This document shows positions 20,301-31,200 of a stretch of DNA of 64,000 nt, piece by piece. This DNA is from an uncultured Bacteroidales bacterium (GTDB lineage Bacteria; Bacteroidota; Bacteroidia; Bacteroidales; Paludibacteraceae), in contig ONBO01000003.1 in the NCBI GenBank assembly GCA_900316125.1, positions 418 to 64,417 of the forward strand, read 5' to 3'. Made by a program: the position numbers and the translations under genes. Position 1 is the first letter of the stretch. The number at the start of each line of letters is the position of its first letter. The notes beneath the pieces were generated by a model that saw only the letters and a list, made by a program, of their open reading frames with translations, was not told where the DNA came from and did no database searches.

Positions 20301-22112
20301 TGTGTAGGTTTTCAAAGAGCCGCTCTTTGATGTCACCATCAGTGATGTGGAATTCTCATACGGACGGTCAACTATCTTAACCGTGGATTCGTCGCACCTT
20401 CTTTGACAAGAGATAACTCTGTTACTGCCATATTCCTCATACATTATATTGTATCTCACAACATCCGGGTCAAAGTCATCTATTATCTCTCCATTAATCA
20501 TTATCTGGTCCAGCCTGTTTTCTGTAGGGTCATCACACTCACTCGGAGCATCAGAGTGTTTGACGCTGAACATTATCCTATATTCACGTGGTAGCTTGGC
20601 ACCAACGGCCGACACTGTAATAGTAGAGACTTCTGACACATCCCTGCTGTCAACAACAACGGTCTGCATACCTTCAGGATACGCAGACTCGTATGTTATC
20701 TTTTGGGCTCCTGTAGTTCCTTCTGGCAGTTCCACTCTGTATATATTTTTTGAAGGGGCGAAATCTTTTATAGGCTCTCCATTGATAAAGATGTTTTTTA
20801 GTGTGGTGTCATCAAACTCCTTAACTCTGAAGTTTATAGTGTACGTGGCACTTATGTCCGCATCCTGGGCGTGTGTAACTATTTTAAGAATTCCAGGCAC
20901 CTTAAACTCCCCTATTTCATAACTCTGATTTTCGTTTGCCTTTTCCACCTCTATCTTTGGTAGTGACGTCCCGTATGGCAGTTCCACCTCATAATCAGTT
21001 ATATAAGAGTTGAAGCCTGGAATTTCCACCCCATTTACTTTAATGGATTTCACATACGGGCTGTTATCAGTCATTGACACAAAGTAGATATTATACGTAG
21101 TGGTGGAGCTACCATCCTCTGCTCTTACTGTTATGGTTGTGGCTCCTTGGTCTTTGGGAGTGTAGTTAATGGAGATTTCATCACCTGAAAGAAGACGTCC
21201 GCTACGGTAGCAAGTTATCTTTGGCAGTTTGTCGTCAGCTACAGAATAGTAGTATTCATATTTGTCCTTTTGGAACTTAGGATAGGCAAAACCGTCAAAA
21301 CGCAGTTCATCAATTTTTGATGAATAAATGAGACTAATGTCATCTACCAATAGTTTGCTGGTCTTTGAGAAATCCGTATCTTCACGTTTGTTTGGATAGT
21401 TGCCAACGCAAAGAATTATATTCATTTTCTCAGGCCTCTCATTTGTCATATATTTTATAGGTATTTTTATTAAAGACCATTCAGGATAGTCTTCTGCACT
21501 CTTCAGCCAGCCTTCAGCCACCTGCACGGCATTACCGCTTGGTGTGCTGCAGGTGTTACCGTCTGAGGTGCGGCAAATGTCAGACTCCTCATCAGTATGT
21601 GACGAACTTATGCAACTGCCAGCTTTGGCCTTATACTTACTGTTATGGGCCGTACCCTTCCATGAGTAGTACATAAGGTTCATTTTCTCACCATTAGGGG
21701 CAATACGTTTTACCCACACAGCCATAGTGTCAGGACGAGCCGTCCATGATATACCGCCATCTGTACCGCCAGAGCCTGTATCAACAGGATCTCTCCATGT
21801 TCCGTAATCAGACCACGGAGTACCAAGTGTAATCCATGACGGCGCCACACTAGTAAAGCCCGCTGCACCCACCTTTTTTGACTGTAGTTCCACAGCATAG
21901 CTACCAGTATGCGAATCAGATGTTCGCCTGCCTATTGCAACTTTACAAAGTGTTTGAGAAATATTTGACAGGTTCCATACGTCCGGCTGCGGTTCTCCAT
22001 CAAAAGAGCCCTTACCCCAACTTTCAAAATTGCTGTTTTGCAACTGGTAGTTGGCAGAATATGCCATAGAGGCTATTGCACTTAACAGTAGTATAAATAA
22101 TGACTTTCTCAT
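17319..22112 (-). CDS. Giant surface protein, 1597 aa: two PCMD-like domains, about 10 cadherin-like beta-sandwich modules and a Cys-rich CTD-like tail
   Basis: It has a signal peptide (MRKSLFILLLSAIASMAYS). The N-terminal NSNFESWG...ISWTARPD domain recurs mid-protein (IPNGEFDEWTK). Repeats follow the pattern L..I.VNG..I.GF.P....Y.V.LP.G. It is a paralog of the adjacent 3097-aa gene. Confidence 0.8.
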   Translation of the reverse strand: MRKSLFILLLSAIASMAYSANYQLQNSNFESWGKGSFDGEPQPDVWNLSNISQTLCKVAIGRRTSDSHTGSYAVELQSKKVGAAGFTSVAPSWITLGTPWSDYGTWRDPVDTGSGGTDGGISWTARPDTMAVWVKRIAPNGEKMNLMYYSWKGTAHNSKYKAKAGSCISSSHTDEESDICRTSDGNTCSTPSGNAVQVAEGWLKSAEDYPEWSLIKIPIKYMTNERPEKMNIILCVGNYPNKREDTDFSKTSKLLVDDISLIYSSKIDELRFDGFAYPKFQKDKYEYYYSVADDKLPKITCYRSGRLLSGDEISINYTPKDQGATTITVRAEDGSSTTTYNIYFVSMTDNSPYVKSIKVNGVEIPGFNSYITDYEVELPYGTSLPKIEVEKANENQSYEIGEFKVPGILKIVTHAQDADISATYTINFRVKEFDDTTLKNIFINGEPIKDFAPSKNIYRVELPEGTTGAQKITYESAYPEGMQTVVVDSRDVSEVSTITVSAVGAKLPREYRIMFSVKHSDAPSECDDPTENRLDQIMINGEIIDDFDPDVVRYNIMYEEYGSNRVISCQRRCDESTVKIVDRPYENSTSLMVTSKSGSLKTYTLRYVHDYTGKNNRLKSINVNGSEVENFNPNVFEYNVETNMSDSLVVRYVKSYDVQSVVLSTADNGHAFLDVISNQKGVENVRYTLHFNRHKSYNAIKGIVVDGKPIENFRPDKFKYIINVKRAPKSIEAVADVPFNKTISENNHVRFETGGSGKLGPARYDLYLHYENDEIPNGEFDEWTKCMHSEEKKTDKPKGWVVPADVESSYGRFNTKYLIEKGEGQVTLKTVRNYWFLAGRFPGLMTLGDIAVDFKAASYTTVKISGGIPFHNTPDAIEMRYNPVSNNKDYIGIDDNYIHMDCYLTDDSGTKTYSFKDYEYNDTWKVKSVPITGKFKNPSQLNIIVNSAKYNSVKDFPYYKNGFDPVSYDLCSQLIVDYIRFKYSSKIAKITVDGKKAVINGTDVMAIISSESTGTPLIEIEGEVEDQMYDITYGEYKDNVHHISIRSYAEDGTYTDYNLNVTRSKTDNVGVKSIMVDGKPLEGFDPEKHLYEYELPAGVRYIPDVTVIGKSSSQICNVDYAESKEGLSVTVTAVSESLKESVSYKILFLQGDKDVADLKNIKVIGHELDFKPDSTYYYVKRKAGEYKIPVIEAVKFAEDQTVTTEIKGESSVYNITVKSADGSNDKNYTVEISPVPSDVGTLDMIYYNGIKVEGFDPNVNEYEVKLPYGTSTDVEITYDLTPPGSQTVTPKITVVDASHVNVVLDVVSEVGVPNEYVVDFLIQPDDEARLSDLRVFGKTIEGFDPDRPVYTVEHEAYTDSSFIPLVKDVEYKTLSPNAKVSMRQVTRESITLTSVAASGKTANYVIKTSIKLSDNTKLQAIYYKDVILDNFSPDVHDYEIKLPFGASTVDKELVTFTAMESGQGVMVVRSESETEIAVEVQVVAQDCVHKDKYTVHFVSADFDPTTVPSENDVCITGSDTEGWRFTTRCENISVVIMNLAGAIERIAKVPVVDPNCEDICAPCAEGYLYNEEKRGVFIYNIVYSSDKRVKAGKFKKY

Positions 22113-22231
22113 AACTAACTTTTTTACATAATGGATAAAGTTAGTTAATAGTTATTAACACACCAGATATTAAATGTTAATAATTTTAATATTTAACATA
22201 TTGAAGAATCTTTTAACATAACCAGACTGTA

Positions 22232-22266
22232 AAAACAACAAAAGCGGAGACCTGAGCCCCCGCTTC
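22232..22266 (-). terminator. Terminator of the 3097-aa gene
   Basis: On the minus strand, AAGCGG (22265-22260) pairs with CCGCTT (22247-22242) across a 12-nt loop. A TTTTGTTGTTTTT tract follows. Confidence 0.5.
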
Positions 22267-22289
22267 TGTAATAAGTTTGTAACAAAACA

Positions 22290-25200
22290 CTACTTACATC
22301 TAATCTTACCTGTAAGCACTCGCTTCTTCTGTGCATACAGGAAGTTGTAGGTTACAACCTGGTTCTGCTCGCCCTTGAATATGTAACCCTCTGCAAGAGG
22401 ACTGCAAATATCCTCGCAGTTAGGATCTACAGTAGGAAGTTCTACTATGCCAAGGAATCTACCACTAAGGTCTGTAAGAATTACATTGACATTCTTGCAG
22501 CGTGTGGTGAACTTCCAGCTACCGTCAGGTGTACTTGTCAGGCAAACGTCAGCCTGAGTAGGCTCTGCAGTCGGGTCGAATTCATCAGGTACAAAGTGGA
22601 TGGTATAGATAGCGTAGCTTTTACCATCCTGAGCCATAACCTGAAGCTGCACGTCAAGATTATCCTTAACAACCATCACTGTCTGTCCAGGTTCCTGAGT
22701 CTCGTATGTAACCAGCTCCTTGTCAATAGTAGTTGCACCAAACGGAATCTTTATGGTGTAATCAAGAATGTCAGGCTCAAATCCGCTTACAAGAACATCC
22801 TTATAGTATATAGCCTTAAGTGCTGTGTTGTCTGATATGCGAATTGTGGTTTGTATTACATAGTGAACGAAATCACCGCTTGGGGCCGTTACCTTTACAA
22901 TAACGCTCTCACGAGTATTTTGCATAATCTCTACAACTTCATTTTCACTCATCTTAACATACTCAACATCCTTTGGATATGGAAGCAGTGAAGAGTCACT
23001 GTAAGCCTCAAGTTCAAATGAGTAGTTATAAATATCAGGGTTGAAGCCCTCAACCGTCTTACCAAACACCTTGAGGTCTTTCAGGCGGTTCTCCTTGTCA
23101 GGGGCTACTGTGAATATTACAGTATACTCATTCTCATCACCGCTCTCAGTTGTTACAGTAATAATAGACTTCCAACCTGTATGAACGTAACTAGAAGTAA
23201 CTACACTTGCTGTCTGATGTCCAGGTACAGAGAAGTCGTATGTAACAACTGGTGCAACCACTGTGCCATACGGAAGCTCAACCTCATACTCATTTTTATC
23301 AGGAGCAAACTCATCAATTGCGTTACCGTTATAGTAAATCATATCAAGTGTGGTGATATCACAAGGCAGCACACTGAATGTTATTGAATAGGTTTCAGTT
23401 GTAACACCGTCAGCGGCTGTAACCTTGATGGTTGACGTGCCTGTCACACTCTCTGTATATGAAGTCTCAACAGTCTGCTCTTCCTCAGCCTTCTCATAAT
23501 CTATGGCCGGAACCTTAGTGGTGCCGAACGGAAGCTTAACCTCATAGAAGAACACATCGCCGTCAAATGAAGGGATAAGCTGACGCTCATCACCAAGAGT
23601 TATGCTCTTAAGTGTGGCGTTATGTGAAGGCTCTTTGGTATAGCTTACTGTGTATGTGCGGCTATCCATGTTCTGAGCTGTTACCTTCACTGAGAAGAAG
23701 AGGCTGTCAGCTGCCACGCTCTTTTCTATGGTCTGGTACTCATCACCCTCTACGTATGTAACGTCAGGAATGTACTTGGTTCCTAGAGGTATCTCTATAG
23801 AGTAATCAAGAGTCTCAGGATCAAAGCCTGGAACAGTCTTACCACCTGACATAAGGTCTGCCAGTGCGGTGTTGGTTGATTTCTCAACATTAAGATTAAC
23901 CTTATATGTCTGCTTAACCTCAACATCCTGAGCTGAAACCACAAGGTCAACACCACCTTCAAACGGAACCTTCTCAACGATCTGCCACTCTGTTCCCTTT
24001 TGATAATCAACAACTACCTTGGTAATGTCTGTGCCAAGAGGCAGGGTTACGGTGTACTCAAGTGTCTCCTTAGCAAAGTTCTCAACCTCATCGCCGTTAA
24101 CATATATCATGTTAAGAGAGGCGTCTTTGCTGAGCACAATTGTATAGTTAAGAGTATAGGTCTTGGTGTTAATACCGTTGCCGGCTTTAACCTCAAGTGC
24201 AACTGTTGTACCATCCGCTATCTTGGTTACAGTCTGTTCATCATCACCCTTGGTGTATGTAATCTCAGGAATTGCAGTAACACCTACAGGCAGTGTAAAA
24301 TTATATTCTGTAACATCAGGAGCAAATCCGCTAATCTCTGTACCGTCAGCGTATATCATTGCCAAGTCACAGTTTGCAGACTTAGCCACGCTGAAGTGAA
24401 TTACGTAGCGGCTGCTGTTCTGTCTGTCTTGTGAGGTAACATTGATTTCAGTATCACCCTCCACACTCGATGTTATGATTACAATATCCTGACCAGCGTC
24501 ACCCATTACAGCCTCAATGGCAGGCAATGTCTCAGAGCCGTATGGCAGCTCAACTGAGTACTCATACTTTGTAGGTTCAAATCCTTCTATTGAGACACCG
24601 TCAAGTTTGATATCAGCCAGATCAGAACCAGATGCCAAGTGGCGTACAAAAGTTACGATGTACTCTTGTGAGTTTCCAGCCTCAGCAATTACAGTTATTT
24701 TATACTTATCACCGTCAAGTACGGCAGATACCCTCTGATTTGGCTCGCCAAGATCAACTGTTATAACAGGGTCATCCTTACCGGCTGGAACATCTACAGA
24801 ATATTCAAACTTCTCAGGCTCAAAGTCTGGTAGTGGAACGTAGTTGGCAGATATGCCGCTAAGCAGCGCATTGTCAGAGAGTGCAACTGTGAAGCTGAGC
24901 ACGTATGTCTGCTCATCGCCGTTCTCAGCATTAACATTTACTGTGGTAGCATCAGAGATAGAGCCTACACTCATACCTAATGTCTGGCTGCTCTGTGCAC
25001 CAAATGCATATACTTCTGGCAGTTTTGTGGTACCTGCAGGAAGCTCAACTCTGTACTCTGTTACGGCAGGGTCAAAGCCTGGAACCTGAGCTCCGCCAAG
25101 AGTGATATCATTCAAGTTCACATTACCGTTTTTCTCTCTGTCAAGATTTACAATGTATGTAAGAGTGTTTCCGTTTGCAGCAGTTACTATGAACTGATAT

Positions 25201-28200
25201 GCAAGCAGAGCGTTATCAGGCATTAAGACAGAGCTCTCAAGAGTCTGCTCTGGCTCACCAAGCACAGGCTCCACAATCAGACCGTCTGTCTCACCTACTG
25301 TAATGTTGTACTCAGTTACCGCAGGGTCAAACTCAGCATAACTTGCACCGTTGACCATAATGGCAGAGAGTTTTGCATTATCACTCTTGCGGTTAGTGAA
25401 TCTCAATTTGTACTCATTCTCTGTCTCTGAAACTTTATTGCTAAGGTTCCATACAAGAGAGTCACTGTTAACTACAACCGCCATTGAGTCTTCTGCAAAC
25501 GCCCTGTTGTAGTTTACAAGAGCGACTTCCTCTATAGCCTTGTCAAACTCATACTCATATACATCCTGTCTGAATGGGACTGGAGCAGCAGCGTCAAGCA
25601 CTTCAATGCCTTCAAGCTGTGATGTGGTCTCAGCACTTGGGTCCACGCTGAACTTAATGTTGTAGGTCAGTTCATTCTCGCCGTCGGCCGATGTAACCTT
25701 TATAGAAGTCATACCATTTACGCCACCCTCTGTAAGAACTACAGACTGTTTGTCTGATATCTTATTGTAAGATATGTGAGGCATGGCCACTGTGCCAGAC
25801 ATCAGTGCAACGGCATAATCTGTCTTGTCCGCCTCAAAGTCAATAGCATAGCCTTCAATTTCAATGTTATTAAGAGCAGCCTTACTGTAATCAGTCTCCA
25901 CAACATTTATAGTGTAGGTCTTGCTGTCACCGTTCTCAGCAGTTGAAACCACTGTGATAACACCATCAGCAAATGATGTCTGAATTGTCTGATATGTTGA
26001 TTTACCCTTAACACTAATATTCTTAATGAAGCGTGTGCCGGCAGGAACAGCCACTGTGTACTCAGTCTGACCGTCATTCAAGCCAACGCTTACGCCGTCA
26101 ACCATAACACTCTTAAGACCTGTCTCAGCAGACTTTTCTCTTGTTATTGTAAGTGTGTAATCAGTGTAGCTCAGATTCTCAGCGTAGCTCACTATGCTTA
26201 CAGTACGTACCCCGTCAACCTCTGTGTCATAGTCAATACGATACATCTGGTCATCAACCTCACCAGTAATCTTGATGTCAGGCAGACCAATATACTCACT
26301 GTCTATTGTAGCGGTGGCAGTTGTTCCACTGATTGATGCGGCCTCACCATTTACAGTTATGGCGGAAATCTTAGAGTTATATAAGAAACTTATGTAATCA
26401 ACATATACCTCGGCCATGTTAAGAGCTGTAAGACCCTTCCAAGTGTTACCGTTAGGGTTAATGGCAATATTCATCTTGGTTGGGTGAACATCTCCAAGCT
26501 CCAGCTGCTTAGTGTACTCAGCATAACCAGAGGTCTCATTCTCAATGAGAATATCTTTGTTAATTTCCGTTCCACCTTCAAAGAAACGTACGGCAAACAG
26601 AGCACCGTCATTAGCCTTGGACTTATAATTATAACGGAGTTTTACAGCATCAGGAGTGTTACGGAATGTTATACCGCCAGAGAATCCAGTTTCAGACTGT
26701 GCAGCCACATTCATATTACAACTTACATTTCCTAGAGTGAGCACGGCTGGGATCTCACCTGCAAGTGCACACTGGTATGTTTTTGTATTAACACCCACTA
26801 CGGTATTGCTTTCCTTGGAGATCTCGTAACCAGCCTTACCGCTTCTAACGCCAGCACAAACAAGAGCTGCCGCTGCTGACACTTTCTGTTCACCAACAAC
26901 ATCCGCCGGACAGTTCCAGCCTACAGGCTTAACTGCAGATGATACAACTGTGTATTTAGGCTTAGTCCACTCTGTGAAGTGGTTGTTAGGAATAACATCA
27001 TCAGAGTAGTAGAAGTATAAGTCATAAACAACACCTGCAAGGCCGTCCTTCTCAAGAGTTTCAAACCTTACGTGGTTTTGGTTGTTTATGGTCTTGTTAA
27101 CATCGCTGCCGTCAGTCATCTCAGCAACAACAGAAGCTGGAGTTGATGTCACATCAATTACATACTTGGTCTTATATGGGTCAAAGCCTGAAATCTCCAC
27201 ATCATCAATCTTAATTGTTGAAGCAACATTATAAGGCAGTGCGTATGTATAGTTTATAGTGTATGTCACATCAGCAACACCATCTTGGTTAGATTTAAGA
27301 GTAATAACACTCTTACCCTGCTCAGATGTTGTAACCACTGCGGTCTGAAGCTCATAATTCTTAACAAATGTTACATCTGGTGTTTCATTAGAATAGAGCT
27401 CAACATTATATTCAAACTTGTCAGGTGCAAAACCGCTCACAAGCGTCTCATTAACCATAAGAGCCTTGAGCACGTTCTCACCTACAGGAGCCTTAGTACT
27501 GAAGTTTAAAGTGTAAACTGTCTCAGAGCCGTCTTCTGCGGTAACTGTAACTGTAGAAGCAGTGTTGTAGCTGTTATCCCTAACTGTTACGAGCGATGCT
27601 GCGTCAGTGCGCACAAATGAGATATCGCCGCGCGTCTCATCAGCCTCAAGCTCAATATTATAGGTAAGAGTCTCTGGGTCAAAGCCTTCAACCATATCGC
27701 CTCCCACTTGGAGTTCATCAAGTGTGCTTACTGAAGATTTCTCCCTTTCAAATGTGATTGTGTAATCAGCGGTGGTCTCACCATCCTCTGCTGTAACCTT
27801 AATGGCAACCGGCTCGCTAAACTTGCCGTATGAAATAAGGTATGTCTGACGCTCGTTAACGCCTACGCAGTTAACAGCAGGGAAATCTGTGCTTGTAATA
27901 GGCAGCTGAACAGTGTAGTCAAACTTGTCAGGAGCAAAGCCCTCAACAGATACAAACTTATTACTTGAGCTGTCATATACCTGCAAATCAGAGAGAAGCG
28001 CGTTATTATCAAGAATAGCCTTGAAGGTTACGGTATACTGCTGCTCGCCACCATCCTCTGCAAGCACCTTTATAACAGCCTTTTTACTGTCTTTGTCAAG
28101 CAGAACTTTCTGAGTATCAGCGCCTCTTGCGTATGTAACAGTTGGAACATAACCACTTGCAACCTCATAGACATAGTCCAGAACACCAGGTGAGAAGTTC

Positions 28201-31200
28201 TCAATGGTAACACCGTCAACCTTCAAATCAGAGAGTGAAGCATTGCTGTCCGCCACAGGTATGAACTTCACAGAATAGGTGGCTTTGTCAACACCGTTAT
28301 CTGCTGTTACATAGAAGTTTGCATTTCCATATAAAGCAGGAAGCACAGCGTCAACACGTGATGAAGCGTCTGCCTTAACAGGCTGTATAGAAGGAAGCTC
28401 AGTGGCATCCTTGCCTACATAGTAAGTATAGTCATACTTGTCAGCAGAGAAGCCCTCAATGGAAACACCGTCTATCTTCAAATCAGAGAGGAGTGCAACA
28501 TCTGACTTTTCTGTGGAGAAGTTAAGGTAGTATGCCTTAAATCTACCACCGGCAGACATAACTGAGATGGTGGTTACACCATTCACACCACCCTCTCTAA
28601 GCTCTACGGTCTGGCCATCATTGCCTTTTACGTATGTAATTGCTGGCAGCACTGTGGTACCCTTAGCAAGAGTTATATCGTATTCTGTCTTATCTGGAGC
28701 AAAACCCTCTACGGTCACACCATCCACGCTAATGTCAGCGAGGTCACAATTACCGCCTGCTGCGCTAAAGATGTTTATGGTGTAAATATTAACTGCACCC
28801 TCTTCAGGTATAACCTTAATGGTTGCCGCACCTGCACCATGAGGCTTTGTAATAACAACTTCCTGATTACCGTCTTTCTCAACTGTAATAGCAGGGCAAG
28901 TTGCCTCAGATGCTGAAAGTGTATAATCGTATGAATAAACATCAGGGGTGAAACCTTCAAGTGCCACACCACCTATGAATATGTTCTTAAGATTTGCGCT
29001 CTCAGACTTCTGTACGTAGAAGTTTATAGTGTAAGTATTCTCATCACCGTCTTCAGCCACAACCCTGATGGTGGTAGCGCCCTTAACGCCACCCTTGGTG
29101 ATATAAACCCTCTGGTACTCATCACCCTGTGTGCAGCTAATTTCAGGCAGCACGGTGGTTCCGGCTGGAAGTTCATAATCATAACTGAACTTGTTTGGAG
29201 CAAAGCCCTCAATGGTGGAGCCTGCAACCTTCAAATCCTGAAGCAAAGCATTATTAGATTTCTCAACACTGAATGAGAGTGAATATACTGTAACATCACC
29301 GCTCTGGGCCTTAACGGTAATACGTGTAACACCATTCACACCACCCTCTATCTTGGTAATCTTCTGTAACTCATCATACGGAGTGTATGTGATCTCAGGC
29401 AGAGTCTTGGTACCGCGAGGCAGTACAATGAAATACTCTGTCTTTTCAGGCATAAATCCCTCAATGCTTACTCCGCCAACCTTAATATCCTTAAGAGTTG
29501 AGTTTGAAGCCTGGGTCACACTGAATGTAATGCTATATGTAGTTACAGAACCATCCTGAGCGGTGACCACAATCTTGGTAATACCGTTAACGCCACCATA
29601 TATAGGCTTTACAGTCTGGTAATCATCACCTTGAATCCAAGTAATCTCAGGCAGGGCTGTAGTTCCCACTGGAAGTACGTATGAGTAAGAAGTAACGTCT
29701 GCTGAGAAACCAGGCAATGTAACTCCACCAACTTTAAGATCAGCGAGTTTTGAATTGCTTGATTTTGTAAGCGGGAAGCTGATTCTGTATATTGAAGTGT
29801 TTATGTTATTCTGTGCCTTAACGGTAATTTTTGTGGTACCGTCAACACCGCCATCCTCTTTGGTGACTGTCTGATAGCTATCACCCTGAGTCCATGTCAC
29901 AGCAGGTACTGATGTGGTGCCGAGTGGAAGCGGATATGTATAGTTAAGAGTAGCAGGAGCAAAACCGCTAATGGTAACGCCGCCCACCTTCAAATCCTGA
30001 AGATATGAGTAGGCTGACTCTGTAACATTATATGATATTTTATAAACGCGGCTCGATGTAGCCTCTGGTGCAGAAACCGTAATTGTAGATGTCTCTGAAA
30101 TATCACGGCTGTCAACAACTACAGTCTGAGCGCCCTTAGGATATGCAGAAACGTATGTAATCTGCTGAGCGCCAGTGGTTCCTACAGGAACATTAACCTT
30201 ATAAATTGTCTTGGTTGGAGAGAATCCCTCAATAGAAACTCCATTCACCAAGATATCTTTCAATGTGGTGTCACTGAGGCCCTTGACAGTGAATTTAATA
30301 TTGTAAACTACAGAGTAATCTGTATTCTCAGCATATACTGTAACCTTAGCTGTGCCAGGTATTGTGTATGGCGCAATGTTTACTGTCTGCTTAGGATTTG
30401 CCTTTACAACCTCTATATTAGGATTCTCTGTGGTGCCGTATGGCAGAGCCACAGTGTAGTCAGAGACGTATGCATTAAATCCTGCAAGTGCAGTTCCGTT
30501 AACCTTAATTGATGTTGGATACTGGTTTGTATCACGTTTTGAAACAAAATTTATAGTGTAAGTGCTTGTAGAACTGCCGTCCTCAGCCTTTACGGTAATC
30601 ACTGTAGGCGCACCGTCAATCTGGCCGTAAGAGATATTAATCTCACTGCCAGAGAGCTGACGTTCACTACGGTAGCATGTAATAACAGGCATACTTCCAT
30701 CAACCTCGTATGTGTATTCATACTTGTCCTTGTTGAACTTGGAGTATGACATTCCGTTAAATCTCAAATCATATATCTGAGATGAGTAGATAAGTGTAAC
30801 ATCATCAGCATAAAGTTTTGAGGAAGTAAACAGACCACTGTTAGCTCGCTTATTAGGATAGTTGGAAGCAGAGAGAATAATATTCATCTTCTGAGGTATG
30901 CTTCCATTAAAATACTTGATTGGAACCTTTATGAATGTCCAGTTATTGTATGTAGTCTTGGTTCTAAGCCAGCCCTCAGCCACTTGAACTGCGTTACCAG
31001 AAGGGCGTCCGCACTCATTTCCGTCTGTTGAGTAGCATATATCAGATTCCTCATCATTCTGTGTCACCTCTGTACAGCCTCTATCCTTATTTTTGTACTT
31101 AGTGTTAGTAGAAGTTCCCGTCCAAGAGTAGTAGACGATGTTCATATCCTCATTGCCAGCTGACTCACGTATAATCCACACTCCCAGGGTATCAGGACGT

